Shown: in pieces, positions 57,149 through 64,000 of the stretch
How the letters are laid out: each line of letters opens with the position of its first letter
How positions within the stretch are numbered: the first letter of the stretch is position 1
From: Octopus vulgaris
Taxonomy: Eukaryota
DNA length: 64,000 nt
Reading direction: 5' to 3'
Assembly: GCA_951406725.2 (NCBI GenBank)
Contig: OX597826.1
Coordinates: 47,616,001-47,680,000, forward strand
Made by a program: the position numbers and the translations under genes
The notes under the pieces: model-generated
Database searches by the model: none
What the model was told of the DNA's origin: nothing
Seen by the model: only the letters and a program-made list of their open reading frames with translations

Positions 57149-57230
<82 letters not shown>

Positions 57231-57445
57231 AAGTATGGGAGCTTTGTTCACAGGTGATCTAAACGATTAGGTACGCTAGGTAAGTATTGTAATGGATTAA
57301 TAGGGCTCCAAGGTTATAGCCAAGACGGTAGTTATAGAGCCATTACAGATTTCCAGTGCAGCAGATATATAACTGTTTAACAGACATTAAGGCAAGACAA
57401 GCATCTCAAGTCGTATACACTATTATTATTATTATTATTATTATT

Positions 57446-58000
57446 GAGTGAGAGAGCAGTGCATGCCATCAAAGTGACACAGGGGTAAAATATACGAAGC
57501 CCAATATACCCATCATGACTACCCGTCTGATAAAGATACACCAGGCACATGCATCACAACCATATGTGCGCGACATGGTGATCTCATATCAAGATAAACA
57601 GCACATGACCTTGCAGGTGGGGGCCCAGTTAGAATTTTCTTCAGGTTGAGTAGCCCATCCCGCTCAAAAGGTCCCTGAATAAGGGTTGTTTAAGGATGTT
57701 GAAAGAACCACCCATGTTTCCAGAGGTGAATTATTCAAACCCCAAAGAATCCCTCTCAACACATGGCTATGATGCTCCCCCACTACTTCTGCTCGTGATC
57801 AGAGATGCACATATCGTCAGCCACTAAGGGACATGCTCAACTGGTTAAGGTCAAACAACTGACAAGCAAATCTGTGGTATTGAGCAGAATATTTGCTGTA
57901 GCCCATCTTTTATACCAAGACAAAACAATGTACATGATAACACTTCCAATCAGTTAAGATCAGAAGCCATGAGAGCCACTGCCTGGTACTGCATCAGGGC

Positions 58001-58003
<3 letters not shown>
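57446..58003 (-). mobile_element. ~560-bp non-coding insertion in an (ATT)n/(TAA)n tract
   Basis: GC-richer block with sharp edges, flanked by co-oriented (ATT)n on both sides; strand inferred from an (AAT)n tail. Confidence 0.6.
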
Positions 58004-58046
<43 letters not shown>

Positions 58047-58458
58047 GGAAAAAATTCAAAGTCTTACGGATGTTTCTGTGATATATGTGAGTGTATATAT
58101 CTATATTTTTATATGTGTATATACTTATGTATGAATGTATGTATGTAGGGAGGGCTCTTCTATCATAAATGATAGATGAGGGTTCCACAATTTTTGCTGA
58201 ACACCCTACATAAAGGATTTATTTATAGGTAAAACGCTTGTGTTGTGCATTAACTCATTCTTCCTTCAAACTGGCATTGTCTGGACAGTTCCAGTGTATA
58301 CTGTACATCGGGTATCAAAATGATTGCCAAACAACAGAAAATGAAGTGTCTTGCTTAAGGACATAATGCACTACCTAGTCCAGGAATTGAAACCATGGTT
58401 TTACGATCATGAGTGCAAGACCCCATCCACTAGACTACATGCCTTCACTATATACACA

Positions 58459-58504
<46 letters not shown>

Positions 58505-59569
58505 CACGCACACACACACACATAGAATGATCAAATGAAGAATTGTAACAATTAAAGCAACAGAGTAAAGAATGAATATGATTTTGCTCTACACCATGTA
58601 TTGAGTCCTTTATACCCTGTTCCATTATATTCAATGTGCATACATATGTAAGCACATATGTGTTTATACATGCACACATTTAGTTACCAAGCTATCCCCC
58701 CTGTACAACCAACTCCCTATCAGTCTGACTGATTGTCTGTATGTCTGTCTCTCAGTCTGTCTGTCTGTCTGTCTGTCTCTACACTTTTATTCATTTGTTT
58801 TAATTCCTCTAAAAATAGCAATGAGAAATTATTCAGGAATGTCGTGTTAGAGAAGAGGAAGCAGGGTTTTTGTGGAAGAGTAATCGGAGATTAATTCTTT
58901 ACAGTAAATTTTACTGAAAATAAATCACGGCCTGTGAGATTACTCATTGTTACTATGAGGCATGATGGGATAGGCATGGTGGTGGTGGGGGTAAAACAAG
59001 ATACAAAAAAAATGCAAAAAAGTTTTTAAAAAAGGCCATAAGGTATCAACTCCATTCCTTCCCCATCTCTACCTAATTCTGTATTTGTCTAAATTTTCAG
59101 ATTCCCTTACATTTCCACCAATGAATTATTCCGTGTCCCAAATAATTGTTGCATTTTTCATTTACTTCTTAATTTTACGTAAGTAGGCATCCTAAACTTG
59201 TCAGGAGTTTCTTGGTGAGAAAGAATGGTAAGTTGTGACATTTATGGCATCCCCCTGGGGCATCTGAGACAATAAATAACGTGAAATAGCTGCAAATGAT
59301 AAGTGAAACTGAATCAAGGGCTCATTTTGCCAAAAGCTTCTCGTTTCTCTTTTATGGTACTCACTACAAACCCTTCTTTGGTGAAGACAGTCAATGCTTC
59401 TTTACTGCAATAGCTTCATATTGTGGCAGAAGAAATTCTATTGCATACCTTAAATGGTATAATCATCTGTCAAAGAAAGACCAGGAAGGAATCAACAAAT
59501 ATTATTCCAAAAATGTGGTTGAAAAGAATTCAAAGTCCCAAATTTCATAAACACTTCTGTTTAATTTCT

Positions 59570-59945
59570 TTATGGCTGTGTGGTTAAGAAGCTCACTTTG
59601 TAACCACATGATTTGAGTTCAGTCTCAGTGTGTGGTACGTTAGGCAAGTGTCTTCTACTATAGCTCTCAGTCAATCGATGCCTTGTAGGTGAATTTGGTT
59701 GAGGGAAATGGATTGAAAGGCCGTCGTGTAGATTTGTGAGTGTGTATGTGTAGCTTTGTCCACTGTCACCACGTGACAACTGATGTTAGTTTGTTTGCAT
59801 CCCAATGACTTAATGGCTCAACAAAAGAGATCAACACAATAATTACCGGATTTAGAAATAAGTATTGGGGTCTACTTAATTTGCCTAAGCACTTCCAGGA
59901 GGTGGCTCAATATGGCTCCAGTTCAATAATTGAAAAATAATAAAA
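59570..59945 (+). mobile_element. SINE family A, decayed
   Basis: Similarity to other copies. Confidence 0.7.
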
Positions 59946-59978
59946 AATAATGTATTTGTATGAATATATATATATCAT

Positions 59979-60025
<47 letters not shown>

Positions 60026-61062
60026 GCACATTTATAAAATACACACATACACACACACATTATCATCATCAATATCATCATCATCCTGAACCTACAGTTC
60101 CATTTAACTGAAGCTCAATTTCAATCTCTGGAGCTTTTAAGTGACAAAGTACAAGACTGCAACCTTGGATGAGATGCCAGTCCACTGCAGGGTCAACTCT
60201 CCCAGTTGTAGCTGGCATTAATTTTCAATCAAATCAATGTAAAATTAACAGCCATCACCACCACTATAGCCATAATCACTTTCACAACCACAACAATGAT
60301 GACCACCACTGGGAAGTGAAACTAGGTTAGGTTTCTAAGTCCACTATGAGATTACAGCCAAGTCTATTATACTCATAAACTCTCTCTCTCTCACTCTCTC
60401 TCTCCCTCTCTCTCACACACACACACATATAATGTGGTCTCATGTATAGAATGGTTGGTTGAGATACCTCTCGCTCACAAATCTTCTTTATATATTTCAG
60501 CCAAGACTGGGTCCTTGAGGACAGTATCAGAAGGCATCAGGAGCAATATAAAGGAAATCAGATTAAAGTGTTCAGTAGAGCTGTTACAAACGGTTTTGCT
60601 TATGCCTGTCTCCTCTCATAGCTCGTCCTCCTAGCGTTCATAATAGTTTTTCTATCGTCTTGGCTTAACAGCCCTCACTGTTTGTTTTTACTGTCTTGTT
60701 CTCACTGTCCTGTTCTTGTTGCCACTTTCACCCTCCGCAAAAAATCACAAATTTTATTTAATTTGCTTTACAGGAAGGATTGTTTCAACGAAGTCGCGTA
60801 TTGTCCTTACCTTCAAAACACGGAGTAGATGAAACAGGGAAAATTGATGAAGGGGAATATTCTATATGTTGTTTCTCTGTTTTGTTTTTTACGTTGTTCG
60901 AAAAAAGTTCGTTTTCTATGTTTTTGCTTTTATGTTTTCGTTTCTCATTGTGTTCAAAGTTTTTTTATGTTGTGTACCCATATATGCATGTATATATACA
61001 TATATATGTAGGTATGTACATATGTATGTATATATGCATATATTTATATATTATTTATATTG

Positions 61063-61119
<57 letters not shown>

Positions 61120-61852
61120 CACACACACATACATACATACATATATATGGCTGGCTTCTATCAGTTTCTGTCTACTAAATCCACACATAAGTCTCTGGTT
61201 AGATTGAGACTATAGTAGAAGACATTTGCCAAAGGTGTCATTCAGTGGGAGAGGATCCAGAACCATGCTCATCAGAGAGGAACAAACAGACACAAAGATC
61301 TATACACACACACACGCACACTTTTTGCTTTTACAGTTAGGTGTGTAACTATTACTGTATGAGTGTACTCCAAGTAGATTTTTGTTATGCAATGGACTTC
61401 CAGTATAGTGGTTAGTATACCATGATACTTATAGTATATACCAAACACTATACTTAGCAGTGTTTCTAGTTATGATATACAGAGCATATACAGGGAAAAA
61501 TCATGATAAATACCACTAAATAATTAGGATATTAAATCTCTATAACAGATTACAATAAAGTGTTTCCTTGATGATCTATTGCAGTTAGGCATCCACTTAG
61601 ATTATCAAATGATAAGTTCCAAATAAGTATAATGGTGAAATATATGTAGGAACTAAACATTTATAATAGTGTTTATCGTAATTTTGTATATATAATTATG
61701 AGAGGCTTCCATACAGTTTCTGTCAACCAAATTGGTTGATCTAGAGTTATAGAAGATATTTGCTCAAGATACCATACAGTGAGACTGAACCCCAAACCAC
61801 ATATCTGCAAAGAGAACTTAACCACACAGCCATACCTATGCCTACATATATA

Positions 61853-61900
<48 letters not shown>

Positions 61901-61972
61901 TAATATCAAGGTAATAAAAAATTTTAGAAATTTTTACTGGCCTAATTTTTTGTATATTTAATCTATGGTGTC

Positions 61973-62045
61973 CCTGTTGATAATGACTTCGCCTGGTGAA
62001 TAATAATTTTTATTTACTAAATCAAGTCAGAAACCATGGTCCAGG
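61973..62045 (+). ncRNA. Hammerhead ribozyme-like motif (stems intact, core mutated)
   Basis: CCTG-TTGATAA-TGACTT...AAGTCA-GAAAC-CATG-GTC-CAGG; inner 10-bp stem. Confidence 0.6.
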
Positions 62046-62186
62046 AATTAGATGGTAAATGTTCTTATTTTTTATTTCCTTCAAGAATTTATCCCTAGTT
62101 AATGGTTTGGACTTTAACTGTTCTTTCTAGCATAAAGGATTCCTATGATGGAAGCTTCTTAATGTGTTTTAATGTACACTGTATTT

Positions 62187-62250
<64 letters not shown>

Positions 62251-62520
62251 TATATCAGTAATAGAAGATTAAATCAACCCCAGTACATTCCTGATATTTT
62301 GTTCACTGGTATTAGAAGGATATTAATATAATGTCTCTTAAGGTAGGATAAAAACTCAGGATGTAAGAGTTCTTATATAAAATGCCATAAAGCACTTTAG
62401 TCAATCATATAACTATCTCTATCGTTCCATCACCTAATAATTATGAATAAAACTGGTGAAGCCATGCAATCTCATATAAAGTTTCACCTCATCTAAATAT
62501 TTTCATATTTATTTATGTAT

Positions 62521-62555
<35 letters not shown>

Positions 62556-62699
62556 TTGTGACTATTTTGCTCATGATGTGAGCAGATAGGATTTTGGCCT
62601 TCATTACAGAAATAGTTAGTTAACCTGAAACTCAAAATTACTGAGCAAATGTATGTAATTAAGCTGTATTTAGAAAGCCCTTACTTCTTTCTAATACCT

Positions 62700-63030
62700 T
62701 AGCACCACCACTGCCACTGTCACCTCTACCACTCTGGAACCACCTCCCATCACCACCACAACTATCAACAGCACTACCACCTTCGCCACCACCACCACCA
62801 CTACCACCTTCACTACCACCACCACTACTACCTTCACCACCACCACCACTACCACCTTCACCATCACCACCACTACCACCTGCCAGCACCACCACCACCA
62901 TCACCATTATAAAAACCACTATCACCAACTATTCTTTCACCACCTCCACCTTCACTGCCAACCATTATAAGCATCACTACCACAACCAACAACAGTAAAA
63001 ACATCTCTACCTCCAACACCACCACCACTT
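62700..63030. repeat. Degenerate (ACC)n low-complexity tract
   Basis: Direct reading. Confidence 0.85.
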
Positions 63031-63294
63031 CTACAGCCAGCATTACTTACCCTAGTGCTATGCACCCCTTAATATCAGCAAATATGTGGTATGTACCCTG
63101 GTACGGTTTCTGAGTGGATATTTCAACTTGAACATTTATAGCTTTGTGTGTGGAATTAAAAAGCAATTAGAAATTGTTTATAGCTTTCTTATTCTCCAGC
63201 TAATGTTTCATGGAGTAAAAACTGGGAAATAGAAAAATAATAACAAATATTCTGCTACTGAAGAGTGATGCCATTGTCATTATTAGCATGAGAC

Positions 63295-63972
63295 TGGAAG
63301 ATTGGCCGAGTGGTTAGAACAGAGGACAAAATGCTCGGTAATATTTCTTCTAGTTCTTTACATTCTGATTTCAAATCCTGTTGAGATCAACTTTACTTTT
63401 CAATCCTCCAGGGTCTATAAAACAGAAAAATGAGACTCAAGTACTGAAGTCGATGACAATGAGTAATCCGCACCATTCAAAACTGCTGGGTAGGCACTGG
63501 CAGGGCTGTGTAGTAAAGCAGCATACTTCTCAGTCATATGGTTTGGGGTTCAGTCCTATAGCATGACACCTGGGACGAGTGTCTTCTACTATAAGCCCCA
63601 GCTCAACTAAAGCTTTGTGAGTTGATTAGGTAGACAGAAAGTGAAAGAAGCCTATTCGGCATATATAAGCTTGCTTCCCAAACACATGATTCCAGGTTCA
63701 GTTCTACTGCATGGCACCTTGGGCAAGTGTCTTTTACTATAGTCCCAGACTGACCAAAACTTTGTGAGTTGATTTTGTAAATGGGAACTGAAAGAAACCC
63801 ATCGTAGGCTGCAACAGGCTCCAATCTGATCTGGCAAAGTTTCTACAGTTAGATGCCCTTCCTAATGCCAACCACTCCGAGAGTGTAGTGGGTGCTTTTT
63901 ACATACGACTGGCATGGGAGCCAGACAGGAGGCACTGGCATCAACCATGTTCGGATGGTGCTTTTTTACATG
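63295..63972. mobile_element. Cluster: Nin SINE (+), two family A heads (+) and an RTE 3'-UTR fragment (-)
   Basis: Similarity to the copies above. Confidence 0.7.
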
Positions 63973-64000
63973 ATATATATATATGTATAGATATATATAT

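Noticed and set aside
57945-58003. HDV-like ribozyme at the element's putative 5' end
   Set aside because: P2/P3-like pairs exist (CAGT/ACTG, GGC/GCT), but P1, P1.1 and P4 could not be built by eye
59296-59550. 84-aa non-repetitive ORF
   Set aside because: No recognisable motif; length compatible with chance
60610-61050. Probable interspersed repeat
   Set aside because: Single copy in this window with no TIR, TSD or motif to classify it

Overview
Eukaryotic, AT-rich, repeat-dominated non-coding DNA (intergenic or inside a very large intron), most likely from an octopus (coleoid cephalopod). That assignment is an inference from the repeat families: abundant tRNA-head SINEs with CORE-, Nin/Deu- and Meta-like bodies, RTE-type tails and very dense microsatellites. 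I see no intact host gene. Almost all listed ORFs are microsatellite artefacts; the informative ones are decayed transposon proteins (mariner, hAT, RTE LINE, and a Penelope GIY-YIG endonuclease). The most interesting signal is a set of about 8 type I hammerhead-ribozyme-like motifs, ranging from core-intact to decayed, most with a palindromic stem III. One lies at the 3' end of the Penelope relic; the others lie in short ORF-less islands embedded in or abutting (TA)n/(TG)n tracts. Also notable are a Helentron/HINE-like element whose 3' end plus flank is amplified 5x in tandem, and a ~560 bp element inserted in a (TAA)n tract. Boundaries were read by eye and are approximate unless a TSD or TIR is quoted.
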